NCBI GenBank assembly: GCA_030704615.1
Contig: CM060732.1
Span: forward strand, 71,176,001-71,240,000
Length of the DNA stretch: 64,000 nucleotides
From: Takakia lepidozioides
Taxonomy: Eukaryota > Plantae > Bryophyta
Direction of reading: 5' to 3'
Shown: in pieces, positions 12,250 to 24,354 of the stretch
Position numbering within the stretch: the stretch's first letter is position 1
How the letters are laid out: each line of letters opens with the position of its first letter
Program-made: the position numbers and the translations under genes
The notes under the pieces: generated by a model
What the model saw: the letters and a program-made list of their open reading frames with translations, nothing else
What the model was told of the DNA's origin: nothing
Databases searched by the model: none

Positions 12250-12795
12250 CGGGGAAGAGGAAACGGATGTTGTTAATTTTGAGTGTCAACGGACTCCTCT
12301 GCTACCGGCCACCCCAAACCGGCAGTGAACTGTTTAAGGAGAAATTTCGTTTCAGGAATGTGACACTTCAAGTTCCTGATAGACCGTTTGTGGTGCCTCG
12401 GCCTGGAGTCTTGGAGTTTCTAGACCTTGCATTGAAGCATTTTCACATGGCCATTTGGTCATGTGCTGATAGAGGTGTTCTTTGTAGGATGTTGGAGAGC
12501 TTCGTCCCCACGAAAATAACGAAGAAGTTTTGCTTCATATGGTCTGCTGCGGATTGTAAGGATATCACCGGTTATATCAGGCCCGGGATGAAATATCTCG
12601 TGAAGGATATTCGAAGTGTTATTGTCAGGTACCCTGGTAGACCGTTTGCTACATAGGGGCAAATATTTCTTGTAGATGATGAGCCATCAAAAGGCCTGCG
12701 AAACCCACAAAATACTGGATTCTTCCCTTTCTCATTCAAGCCTTCACCAAACGGATTGTATGACCGGGATGATATGACAAAAGCAGTGTGGCCAT
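12250..12795 (+). pseudogene. FCP1/NIF-family HAD phosphatase-like domain, copy 2 (one internal TAG; fused to RTEL1 fragment)
   Basis: LLILSVNGLL..FVVPRPGVLEFLDLALKHFHMAIWS..FIWSAADC..YLVKDI, TAG at 12654, then in the same frame IFLVDDEPSKGLRNP. Confidence 0.75.
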
Positions 12796-14154
12796 ATAAA
12801 GAGAATCGCCGCTCTCTTAGTGGCATCTCATGGGCCAATACCATCCTCATATTTGACGAGGCTCACAATCTGGCAAGATCCCTAACATTGCTGCATTTGA
12901 ATTTGGACTACATTTTCATGACAATGACTTGGGATTACTACAACTTGGAAAGTCTCCTGAGCTTTACTAACCATCGAGGCCCGCCCTCATGCAACACCTA
13001 CACATCCAAAAAACAATTAGTTGACTTGCCTCAAACAGATATATTTACTTGTAAGTGAATGTTTTATCATGTTGCAGCCTTTAGACAGTACCTTTGGTGG
13101 AATGGTTTGGAGAAGCTGCTATATGACTCTCCTGTGGTTTGCATCATCTGTACCATCTGGAACAATGGAAGGAAACGATTAAATAGTCACAATTCGTCTG
13201 AGTCAAATGGAGGACTGCCATCTTCCTTGCAGGAAGGCATTTGCGCTGATGCGACATCCTTTGATTTGCCAGCTGCCCATCTTACAGCTTGCATTGGAGA
13301 AGCAAAGCAATGCGTGGATCTGGCTCTTGCATGCAGGGGCAGTGACAATGCCGCTAACACGTCTATAGACCCTGATAACTTTGCTGTCCTCAAAGGTATA
13401 TTAGTGTTTCCATCACAATTTTTATAAATAAATAAATAAATAAATTTCATAGTAGACCAATTAATAAAATTGCTGTGACCAGGTGTCTCTTTAAGTGAGC
13501 CCCACTACATTGGTTAGTACCTATGATTTATTCTTGGTTTCTGAATGGTCTTAGACAACATGAGTTTTCACACATTTATTGAACTTGTCTTCAACTGATG
13601 AGTAGTCTGGTAGGCCTTCAGGGCTTGCATGTGCTAACTATTTGACTTCGTATTTGAGCTGCAACACTTCTGATGGAGCTGCAGAAAAAGATCAGCAAAA
13701 TTCCCGTTGATTCAAGTGACCTTGGCTTCACACAGCCCGGCCCATATATCTACGAATTTCTAGCGGACATGAAAATCACGTATGAGACAGTCACCATGCT
13801 CATTGATACCATCGATCAAGCCACCACCCTTCTTGAGGATGGTGAGCCCTTGATGAGCCCTTATTGGTCATTTCAGAAGCCTAGAACTTAAAATTGAGTA
13901 GAAACCTTGCTAGACGTACTTGCCTACCTGCTTAACAAATTTTCTCAAGCCCACAGTGCCCAAAATGCATGTCCTGGTAAGGAACCGAGTCTCATCAATC
14001 TTCATGTTGTCCTCTTGTGTCAGAAGCAACTACTGGAGCAGGGGGTGTGAAACAAAGGTCCAATACAGGAACCGTGTATCGGCTGCAAGCTCTTCATTAT
14101 GCATTGCGCATTATTTTCCGGGACAATAATTTGTCGCATGCCCCCTATTATCGG
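12796..14154 (+). pseudogene. RTEL1: RTEL1 (Fe-S DEAH helicase) gene fragment, 4 exons with introns retained
   Basis: Exons ~12796-12872 (WANTILIFDEAHNL, GC donor), 13233-13395 (EGICADATSFDL..DPDNFAVLK), ~13665-13841 (GFTQPGPYIYEFL; acceptor apparently AG>AA) and 14024-14154 (..LRIIFRD..YYR). Starts mid-exon; lacks motif I and the C-terminal half. Confidence 0.85.
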
Positions 14155-14960
14155 GTGAGGATTGTTCAATACCAACAAAGATAAATGGGACATTGGCACC
14201 ACTGTCCCCAACATGTAATTACTTCATGCCTCTATGTTGCCTGTTGCCTTGGAATCACACTGAATGGCCGGCTCCGTTCCTGGGAGCAACAACCCAGTGA
14301 TGATGTTAGGAAAACCTCTTCTAACTCTTTATTGTATTATTCCTCCTGCTTGAAAATGAGGTTGCCATTGTGAACTCTGTCTTGAACTCGATTTCCTTGC
14401 CTGTGCATCTGGCTCTGGTGGCCTTGTGTATTTGTCTGCCACAAGACGCATAAACATATTTGAGAAATAATTGGGCTCATCTCTTACTTTTTCTGCAAGA
14501 CATGAGTCAGAAGGCAGGCAATTGAAATAACTCATTGACGAACCTTCCAGTGTGAGATAACATGCAAATCTAGCCTAATCACATTCTGCCCCAAGAATCC
14601 CACTGGAAGGTGCAGGAAGTCTCTTCAGCCAAAGGTTGCTAGGCCACCTAGTTCAGAGTAACTGTGACAAAGGGATGGAAAAGATGGAAGCTGCAGCTTA
14701 AATGACATGGTGACTGTCAAGATGATCTACTCAACTTTGCTAGATATTCACACCTTCAGCTTACCACACATGAAACCAGAGGGTCTCAGCAGTAGTTGCT
14801 ACCCTCATGAGGTAGGATTTGAAATTACTCAAGTTCAGTACAAATTCCATATGACAATCCGGGCATATTAGCTTGCTAGATAATAGATCTTCGGTAACAT
14901 TGCTAATTCATAAAAACTTGCTATTCCATTTGGAGCCAGTATTGAGAACAAAAGTACCTC

Positions 14961-17303
14961 AGAGAATAAGACGTTGTTTGCCGTAGCCATTGACCCCAAG
15001 CCCAGTTTGAGCCGAACACAAAGGGATAGAACCTATGTTAGGTGCCAGGAACGAAGATCGACCTATCAACCAGTTTGGAATAACAAGAGATTGCTAGAAT
15101 ATCGCCGAACTGACAGTTGCAAGTAAAATGGAGCATACTCGCGTGCATGAAGAGATCCAGGACTAGGGATTTTTGAGGGGTGCTTGGAGATGGCAAGAGG
15201 GTTGAAGAGAGGATGATGGCGTACAGGCGTCTAGAGCAGATCTGCATCGACAAGAAATCTGTATGTAGCACGGCGTGGTGGCTGGGTGGACCGGATGCTG
15301 TAGCCGGTGCTGTGCTTTTAGAGTGTAGGTTGATGTTGGAATAGTTGTCACTGGCCTTTGGTGCCTTGCAGCGGCAGGGACTGTGATTTCTCCTTTGTAT
15401 AGAGAAAAAGTGTAAATCCTATGACTTAGGCTTCATCAGGTGTTGATTTGAAGAGTGACAATGCAGATTTGATTCTAGTTACTGTTTGGGACAAGAAAGA
15501 TCTGCTTAAGGCTTGTGAATACACTTCCGTGAAGAAACAGGGGTGAACGATCGTTGGACTGGTGTGGTCTTTGATACGGTCTGAGTCAATGAACGGTGAC
15601 TGGAATAAAAGAAGATGGTTACATGAGTCCATATTGACGTTGATTCAAGCAAGCAGATTTCTTGGGATCTTGATAGATTTCCTATGAACGGCAAGATAAG
15701 CAAGGGGCCTGAATTTGTTCTATAGTTGGACTGAGGAAAGAGAGTCAGAACCTTTTCAACCTACCTCTGTCAGGGGCTGACGTCGGTAGTAAGACTTACC
15801 TTGATATTAAACATTGATCCGGGTTTTCCAGATATCATCTAGAAATCTATTCACACATCATCAATCTGTCGTGTGTGGTTTGCCCAATAACTAGGCCCCC
15901 GAAGGACCTGGGCTTTTGGCTCAGCCTCGTTCAAAGTTGGTAAACAGAGGTACAGGCACAATTCCCTTGATAGTTTTGAGGAGAGCGTCTCTCTGGCGAG
16001 AGAACCCCGGACAGTGAATCAGGAAATGAATATTGTCTTCAGGTTGCCCACACAACAGGCAATTGCACTCTCCCTTTCCTCTCTGCTTCTGTTTGCTGTT
16101 CAAAGGTAGGCTTCCCGCCCTGAGTTTAAATTTCAGTCTAGTGCTGAGAGTGGGTAGACCCTTGAGGTCATCCATGATGTCCTCCCTCATGTCACAGACT
16201 GGAAAGAAGTTCAGGGAAGTTTTCTGCCTAACTTCATTTTCATCAGACAATTTCCTGGCAACAGACATGGCTTTGGACACTACAGCCTCTAAGTCAGATT
16301 TATCCAGCAGGGTCAAGACTTGCGGATTCAGATTCAGATCCTTGAGAATCTCTTCTACTCTTCTCTGCCAGGACTTAACCTATTTGACATGGCAGCCCTG
16401 TTTCCAAGATATAGAGTCGATTAACTTAGGATATCTGGTGTTGGGCATATGTTACAGCTGACCCCACCATCTGACCTTGAATTCATCTCGTCGGGAGCTT
16501 AAGGAAGGGATGCCAAACTCACCCCGAACAGCCACATTGGCTGTTTTGGAGCATGCCTGATATGCACTCCTAAGCACCCCCACTTGAATGGATTCTAGAG
16601 ACTTCGCCTGGTTGGAGTTATCAACCCATATTGCAGATGCGTACTCCAAGGCAGGTCTAATAACGCGACAAAGCATGGTTTTCTTGACCTCAGAGTTGAT
16701 CCCTTTGCAGTGGAAAAATTGAGCGAGACCCAGCGCTTTGCCCTTGCTAGTTTGAACAACTTTCTGAATATGTGCATCCCAGTTATAGTTGGAGGAAAAC
16801 TCAACGCCCAGGTATGGGTACGAAGGGAGGACCGGAATCTCTTGGCTAGCCCACTGCCACTTGAGATCACGCTCCTCAATGCTGTTGGCAAGATATTTTG
16901 CGGAGTTATAAGTACTCGTCTCGAGGTTGATCTGGAATCTAGAGGTTGTTTCCACGAAGGCCAAGGCTTTCGGCGAAACAGGGGCTATGTTGATCATATC
17001 TTTCAGATTATCCAGGGAAGGAAAAAAGAAGGGACCCACTTTTGTTTTTTTCTTGGATGTCAAAAAAGAATATGACAATGTGGAGAGATGGTCTATGGCT
17101 CCGCCTCTGGGCATGTGGGATCAAGGGAGTTCTCCATAACTTGTATGCTCACTCGTAGGGGAGACTCCTTCCAACCTCCAGGAGTTGATTGATTGCGTGA
17201 AGAGATACTTTGACCTTTGGGGGCTAGAGGCTAACGTCAGTAAATGTGCAGTGGCGGCATTCAACGACAGAGGAGAGGGAGGAGAGGGTGCCACGGTAGT
17301 TGC
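14961..17303 (-). mobile_element. Non-LTR retrotransposon (RTEX/L2-like family with CT tail), 5'-truncated and 5'-inverted, interrupted by a solo LTR
   Basis: - strand: YPYLGV..IRPALEYASAIW (16452-16860), KLRAGSLPLN..CLLC..HFLIHC (15921-16316) and a 3' tail at 14961-15035 matching copies at 41-44 kb. + strand RT piece ITLLNAVGKIF..QGFRRNR..NVSKCAV at ~16860-17303. Confidence 0.85.
15036..15758. mobile_element. Solo LTR (723 bp)
   Basis: Begins TG(TTAGG) and ends (CCTTTT)CA. Flanked by 5-bp direct repeats ACCTA (15031-15035 and 15759-15763). Removing it restores the LINE 3' UTR seen in sister copies. Confidence 0.85.
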
Positions 17304-17727
17304 CCGGTTCTTCTCTGTCACCCTTCTTGTATAGATTGACAATGACCCCCTGTCGCCACGAAAGGGGATCCTCATAAATCAATCACCAGTCCCTTGGAAC
17401 AACTACCAAGAATATGGTACACATGTATAGATATTTGAAGATACTAAACCAGGTCATCAACCATAACAACAACCGAAACTAACGCTCACCGGAGTTTGCC
17501 AGGCTTCAATGCAAGAGTTCAGAAGATAGTATAATGGAAAAAACACCAGAAGCCCACCAGGTACTATGCGCGTGCAAAATTCACTGCACCATCAGTCAGC
17601 TAGTTATCATGATGTTCAATATGCCAGAAAAGACATCATGAATAAACTTAAAAGTTTCCAACCTCTGCTTCTTGCATCAAAACCCAACAAACATGAACTC
17701 TCGACTTCATTTTTGGGGATGCGCAGT

Positions 17728-17879
17728 CAGTGTTCCAAGTAAGCCAGTATCTCTGTCGCTTAGTCGCTAAGCTGCAAATACTATTGAGCATCTGCGTCAC
17801 TTAGCAATGACATGGCGACTAAGAGAGGCAGAGGCTCAACAGTATTTGCACAGAGGCTCAACAGTATTTGCAGCTTAGC
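17728..17879. repeat. Small foldback / possible hAT-MITE remnant
   Basis: Starts CAGTGTTCC. A 29-bp inverted repeat (17766-17794 vs 17851-17879) and a 22-bp tandem duplication CAGAGGCTCAACAGTATTTGCA. Confidence 0.5.
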
Positions 17880-18439
17880 TGGATCGACGGAACAATCTTG
17901 GCTTCAACAAACTTGATTGACAACTTCCCCTCAGAAATTTGCGAGCTTGATCTGTTTATCCTATGCGCATCCTATGCTTATACTTTGACAAAATGACTCA
18001 ACAAGATGTGGTGGCATGGAAGGGTTTGCTTGTGGTATGAACCCGAAGCTAGTACGATAGCTGCCTGCAATGAATTTGGAGACAGAGCTTGTCTTCAGCA
18101 ACTTGTCATCTCGCAGAGTTTTGACCATTATTCAAGAGAATGATGATTGATAGAAGGAACCCCGCCCACTATACAATTCTTTCATAACAGGACAGGCACA
18201 TGTACATGGAGTTTCTGGAGCATCCTACAATTTGACGTGAAACGACCTGTTTTCGGCCAACAGAAAAGTGTCTGCATTCTTTATGGGGTTGGTCTTTCAC
18301 TCTCGGGCAGGCAACACCAACTTCACCTTGTAATAGTCAGTCTTCTAACAGAGATGAGGAGAAGCTTTGGAGTGAACCCTTTTCCGACCCCAGTCAATGG
18401 TGGGACAATGGAGACAAAAAGGTGAATGCCTGTTGGACT

Positions 18440-20138
18440 ACAAGCATGGCAGCCGTATGTCGGTCTAGGAGCTGCTTCTCTGCTGTGGCAACTAGCAGCT
18501 TGCGCGTGCTTGCATCCAGATACAGCACTCCTTCCTCTTCGTGCAGCCTTGCCTGTCACAGCACATGACTACAAACTAATAACAAATAGAAAGGCCGACG
18601 CAAGGTGTAGCGAGTATCATGACCAACTGCCTGCCTCACTACAATTCCTATAACCCATCCTACTTAATCCCAGAAGCTCACTTCCACATGTTTCAAGTAA
18701 TCAGGCACATCGGTCTGCTGCATAAGCGTGTTCCCTCAGCCGCATAGAAATCAACTGTGCACTCCAAGAAAGGGCATTCAAAACTTTCTGAGTAGATACC
18801 CAGGGCGCTGAACATTCGTAGTAAGTGCTTCAAAAGTGTTCGATCCACTGTCTTCCCCATCCTGGCACGTCATTACAGTCCTCCAATCAGTTTTATATAG
18901 CAGCCACCCCAATCATTGAAAGCTTTGGTAAATGCAACTGTGATAACAGAAAAACTTGCGACCATACAACCCCAGGTACTTCTACAAATCTGCCTGACAC
19001 TTGGTTTTCGATTTCAAGATTATTATTTTCTTTTGGATGGGGAGGGAATGGTGTAAGAGTCAGGATGTTGTTCAATTGTCGCATGCCGAAAGATGGCATC
19101 GAAAGAACTGAAGTCCCATGTCCCACAGGGAACGGACACCTGAGCTTTATTGCATAGGTTTGATCTTAGTAAAGTGCAATGCTTCAGATCATGAGCATTT
19201 GTTAGTGATCCTGCCAGCATCTCTCCACATGAGACAGGAACACAACCACATCAGGGCTCTGCCCTACTTATGTTTACAGCTTCACGTAATGTGGGTCTCA
19301 CACTCCTGCTGCAGTCTCTTATACAAGTTACCTCCCATCTTGTGCAAACAGAGATCCTTGACAGCCTGCAGAAAACATGACAATGTGTCTTGCCATCACA
19401 TCCACCAGAAACATTGATACAGTTGTGTACATAAAGATTGCGCCTCTTTATACTTCTGAAAGAGCCAGTGCTGATCACCCAAATAATCAGTTGGCCAGAG
19501 ACTGAAATTGCATACCCTATATAGTTTTTCCAAGCTGCATGACACTGGCTGCTTCAGGTGAATGGCTGTGACTGCTTCCTAAGGGATGCCTTAGCTGGAG
19601 AGCTCAACCAATAGCAGAACACAATCCAACATTCCACCATACAGATAATGTCCATCTCATCAGACAGATCAGTAATATGTGTGACAGCGCATACTTGGGG
19701 CACAAGAAATTGGGTTCTTCTATTGAGCCTTCCATCATTCATGATCATATGATCACCAAAAACACCCAGACTGAGGCTACCTTGTATCACAGACAACTCA
19801 CCGAGTTCAAACTTTGTTACCTCATTGCAATTTACTTCAACTCAAACACATTCACTGCGGCAGCTATCCACCCTAAATGTTCATGTAACAACCAGCTTAC
19901 CATCAGAGGCTAAACAAGCCTATAATAAGCACAGGGGAGGATAAGGGCAATTTACCTTTAAATGGTTTTATAACCAGCTTCTTGACTGGCTGTGGCAGGG
20001 TTGCCTTTTTCCTTGACAAATTGGCAGTGGTTGCCCCACCCGCACCACCCACACTGACCATGTCAGGCCTTGGTGATCCAGTAACATGATGCCGCTCTCA
20101 CTACTGCTACTGCTGCTCAGCCTCTTTTTTTGCGCCAT
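18440..20138 (-). pseudogene. CUL4: Cullin-4 N-terminal gene fragment with introns, many stops and frameshifts
   Basis: Minus-strand exonic peptides in the correct order: TANLSRKKATLPQPVKKLVIK; AIHLKQPVSCSLEKLY; AVKDLCLHKMGGNLYKRLQQECETHI; VFLSHVERCWQD; VRSLWDMGLQ; RTLLKHLLRMFSALGIYSESFE..FYAAEG..DVPDYLKHVE; LYLDASTRKLLVATAEKQLL. Confidence 0.88.
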
Positions 20139-21191
20139 CAAAACTTCCTAACAAACACTCACGCAATAATGACCAAACTTCTTGTTCACACTTGGGCGTT
20201 CTGGCATGGTTGCCTGTTCGCAGAGTCTGGAAAAGCACATGCCTTGTCCAACTTCAATCATGTTTGTAAAAGAATGAAAAATAGAGAGAAAACAGACTCA
20301 TATGAGAGCAAGCAAGACAGAAACTTTCTAACATGAACAGGGCATCCAAGTTCCACAAGCTCATATAGGCAGCCACTATTGTCTTGGCAGCTACCCCATC
20401 ATCCTTCACCACTGACATGCCTACCAGGATTACTCAAAAACAGTTGAATCCATACAAAGTTACAATAAGCATTGGGAGAGTACATCGTGATCTCGCCTAC
20501 GAATGCACAGAAGTTAAACAATTCTACTTCATGCTAAATTCCGTATCTGCACAAATGACCTGCTCAAACTTCAACCAAATGCTTTAAGTGGTAAGGAATG
20601 TTATTTCATATATTTATTCAAAAATCTGCAGTGGAAGTCATTTGAAATGGTGTCAATAATGAGCCGCTTGACTGTTTTAGGCTCTCCACGTGCTTGGTTG
20701 TTGAAGAAAACATCATCGTCCCACCTACATAAGAAGGGAACAACATGTTACATCCTCGCAACATAACACATCTATGAAAAAGTACAGTAACAAGCTTGTT
20801 CTAACCATGTGAAAGAGATCTACATATCTGGAAATAACTGACGGCTGAAAAACCTCTATTGCAAAACAACCCAGGGTTGCTCCTGGGAAGATAGACCCCA
20901 GATTATCTTGTAGATCAACCCTTGAAACCATCATGTGGGCATTATTCATTAGCAGCATAGGTTTTCATGATACTTACCGAGCTGCTCTGAGCAGAGAACT
21001 CCTCATCACCTAACCTCCAGGGTCCTCCATCTCCAACTCCATGTGTTGCAAAAAAAGCACTAGCTACAGAGTCCAACACACGTTTGGATGGAATCTCGTC
21101 GTGGCTTGAACCCCTACTCCTCCAATCACCATGCCTTTGACATGGCCGCCAGTTCATCACTGGCCCACCTGAAGATGAGATTTGAATCATA

Positions 21192-21378
21192 CCCGAATAT
21201 GTACCCTGTCTCTCCACTCTCGAGCGACGGTGAAGGAGTTCACCTACCTCCTTGGTGCTTGGTGCGAGATAGACCCTCGTACACCACAGTCCATGATTTC
21301 GCAGGGTCATCTTGCACCACCAAGGAGGTATGTGAACCCCTCACCATCGTTCGAGAGTGGAGAGGGTACATATTCGGG
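21192..21378. repeat. ~187-nt imperfect inverted repeat (hairpin)
   Basis: Left arm CCCGAATATGTACCCT..TCCACTCTCG..TACCTCCTTGGTG..GACCCT pairs with right arm AGGGTC..CACCAAGGAGGTA..CGAGAGTGGAGAGGGTACATATTCGGG. Stem ~78-85 bp, loop ~25 nt. Confidence 0.9.
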
Positions 21379-21379
21379 C

Positions 21380-21517
21380 GGAGATGTACAATGCCTTGGG
21401 GCCAGGAGGATGCGATTGATGTCATTGCGGTTGAACAACTCGAAGTCATATCCCTCCGGCACCCCGATTTTCCTATTGTGATCCCCGTCCTACACTATGA
21501 TCAGATGATACGGGCTC
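21380..21517 (-). pseudogene. RGP: Fragment of UDP-arabinopyranose mutase / reversibly glycosylated polypeptide
   Basis: Minus strand reads [36 protein letters not shown](frameshift)-GPKALYIS, matching the conserved RGP/UAM N-terminal segment. Confidence 0.85.
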
Positions 21518-22899
21518 ATGGTCGGCGGAGTCTGCATTCATGTTGCCACGCTGAAATGGGTGACAGAGCCTTATAGCAAACGAGATACTGAACGAGTACA
21601 AAATGCTGCACCCACAAAGCCGGATCTCCAAGTGCAAGAGATCGCAAACCAAGCGCCCTGGAGAGACAGACAAAGATCCAAGAGCTGCCGCTCAATTTAA
21701 GCAACTCGCTCATTCGAATATTCGAAAAATCCCTACACCTTTAAGCAACTCGCTTGGTCGAATATCCGAAAAATCCCTTCAGCATTTGGCAGCATTTTGT
21801 ACTCGTTCAGTAGTCTCTCGTTTGCTCTAATGCTCTATCTCACCATTTGGCTATACCACACTCGCATGTAATCTCAATTGCACTTGCACAGTGTTGCTTA
21901 AGTTGAAAATCGGACTGAGGAACAACGAAACATGAGCAACAAGGAAAAGTAGTCCTACCCCATAGTAGTCAGTGGGATAATGTGTTGAGAAGATGTATCA
22001 TGTACAAGACTTCACACACAAACTACCGGCATGTAATCTCAAAAAATTACAGACATAAGCTGCCATAGATCATCATTCAGTCAATGGGCTTCCGACACCT
22101 ATGTCCCTATCAATTTCTTAAGAGCTCATTTTTATTTGGGGTGGTTGAGGTTTTGTGCATTATGGTTGAGCTAATCATCCATTACAGGAAGTTAGAGGTT
22201 TTTTATCATGTGCATTATGGTTGAGCTAATCATCCATTACAGGAAGTTAGAGGTCCCCATCCAAACAGCTTGCAAAGAAAATAGATTCCCCAACGTGCAC
22301 ATCCCAGTTGGACCCAATTGGACTTATGAATGGACATTTGAGATGAATAATTGATGTGTCAGGGTCACCACGTCTCTTCAGCCTAATATCAATGTCACCA
22401 TCTCTCACCTTACCAAGCAGGTCACATCGGCCAGCACCCACCCACTCCACCCATCGAACATTTGAGGACCCACCAAGGGACCATCCCTGTTTCTATCACA
22501 AGTACTGTTAAAATACTGTGGTCGGCGTTTCCCTTCCCTGCATTAGACAGTGGTTCTTTGGCATCTATTTAAATATTGAACTATGTATTTTTAATAGAAA
22601 CTTAAGTTGTCTCAACAGCAGTTAGGGTGGTTATTATTAGAGGGATCACTTTCAAGGGGTCTTCCACCCTCTTAAATCTAAGTAACTTGGTCATCTATCT
22701 TCAACTGCAAAGTGAGAATATGATGGGGTTGTATTTGAACGGTCATCAAGTTCTCACCAGGCCTTATGCTTCAAAGTGTAGGCAAAACTTAAGGAAATAA
22801 TTAGTTAAACCATATATTTATATTTGAAGCGAAGGGTGACACCGCAGCTAGGAGGATGGGCCAGGGACAAATCAGGCCCCTTAATTTTAGTGAGAGAGA

Positions 22900-22976
22900 G
22901 ACAACCAAGTTGTAGCCCAGTGGTAATGGGCACATACCACCTCGAAAGTGGTTATGAGTTCAATCCACCGATTGGC
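22900..22976 (+). mobile_element. tRNA-derived SINE head, copy 1
   Basis: Pol III box A-like TAGCCCAGTGG and box B-like GAGTTCAATCC. Close reverse-complement copy at 35981-36056. Confidence 0.7.
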
Positions 22977-24354
22977 AGGAAGATGACACCCTTAGGGTCA
23001 ACAGAGGAGAAACCTTGTGGGTTGATATATTTTTCCCAATTATCAGTAAAATTTGGATTTCCTTCCGGTGATTCCTTTTTATGTAGCAGTATCCTATGGC
23101 CGCCTATGACTTGTATTTCCATTTGTAAGCATATCACCCTTATAAGGGTGGATTGTGCTCTTGTTCCACCCCTCACAATCTGCTTGTAGGTTCTGGGTTT
23201 TTCGCCCTGCCATCTGGCTTAGGTAGTTAGTTACTCTTCTTCTCTTTTGCATCTGTAGACACTGAAGGTTCATAGCTTTTTGGTCTCACAGAGAACTATA
23301 GAGCTTGCCTATCTGATATGGGTGTTACCCATCATTTGGTGTTAAAGCCGCCCATGACTTCCTGTTGGGGTATTTTTATAAGGCCATTTGTGTTTAAAAA
23401 AGAAAAAAGAAAAAACAAGGGCCGGCACTGAGGCTTACTACAGAGGCAGGGCAAATCCTAACCAAGCTGCATCGAAATCCACAAAGGAAGATGCACCGAT
23501 AGCATCTGAAGAAAGAAAATGGAAGTGAACCAGAGAGAAAATCAGCATATCTCTGCACTTAGGTACTTAGAAAGCAACTAAAAGAAGCTAGCCGGGCTGC
23601 CTGGGATGCGCTGCCATCCTCAGTAGGACATGTTCCCTACCCCTCTGTCACTTCAACGGGGCCAGAGAGTAGGTGTACGTAGACAGATGATTTTTTCTTA
23701 TTCTGCAGAGGGCACTTCCTCATCAATAGGGGGAGGAAGGGATGTAATGGGGATTCCATATCGTCCGTGAGAGAGTTGGTACTGTTGGACCCCAAGCAAT
23801 GAGGTGCTCATGTGTTTGAGCTCCCTGGATACAAGAAGGTCTCCTATTGGGCCCAGCCCATGCTGCTCCACCGATGGAAAGGCTCCACATTGTGAAACAG
23901 GGCTTTTGGAATCCACGGAGGCCGATTATCAGTAACTCATATTCGGGTGATCCTGCTATTTCTAAAACAGATATGTGATATGTAGGGATCCTCCATCTCC
24001 CAAACCTTTAATCTTAAATTGTAATTAGGCTCACTCTCTTCGGAAGTTGCATCTTGATCCCTCAAACTGAAGTCTGTCGAATTGTTATTGCCCCACCAGA
24101 CTGCTGTAACTTCCGTTGCTAGTTTTTACCACAACCACAAGGGGCGCAAGAGCTTGCATGTCTAGTTTCCCATCATTTCCATACTCTAGTTAGTCCATCT
24201 TGCCCCACCTTTCTCATTGGCCACACTTGCAGCTGAAACCTGCCCCTTCATGGCCGGAGACTTCCTGTTTCCTGCCTGCCTATTGCTGTAAGTTGCCCCA
24301 TTCTGCTCAGCTGGTACTGGTTTCTCACTGTCACACCATGGCGCCTTAAAAAAT

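Larger units (their letters stand above)
3820..12795. mobile_element. Large degenerate DNA-transposon-like element (Sola-like/DUF7869-type transposase plus FCP1-like cargo); boundaries approximate
   Basis: Transposase-like gene on the - strand and divergent FCP1-like sequences on the + strand. A shared 24-bp palindrome recurs from 5267 to 12042. A telomere-motif array lies near the left end. No TIR or TSD was identified. Confidence 0.6.

Noticed and set aside
21695-22255. Short two-copy tandem duplications (~44 bp at 21695 and ~52 bp at 22150)
   Set aside because: Ordinary slippage-type duplications with no further structure.
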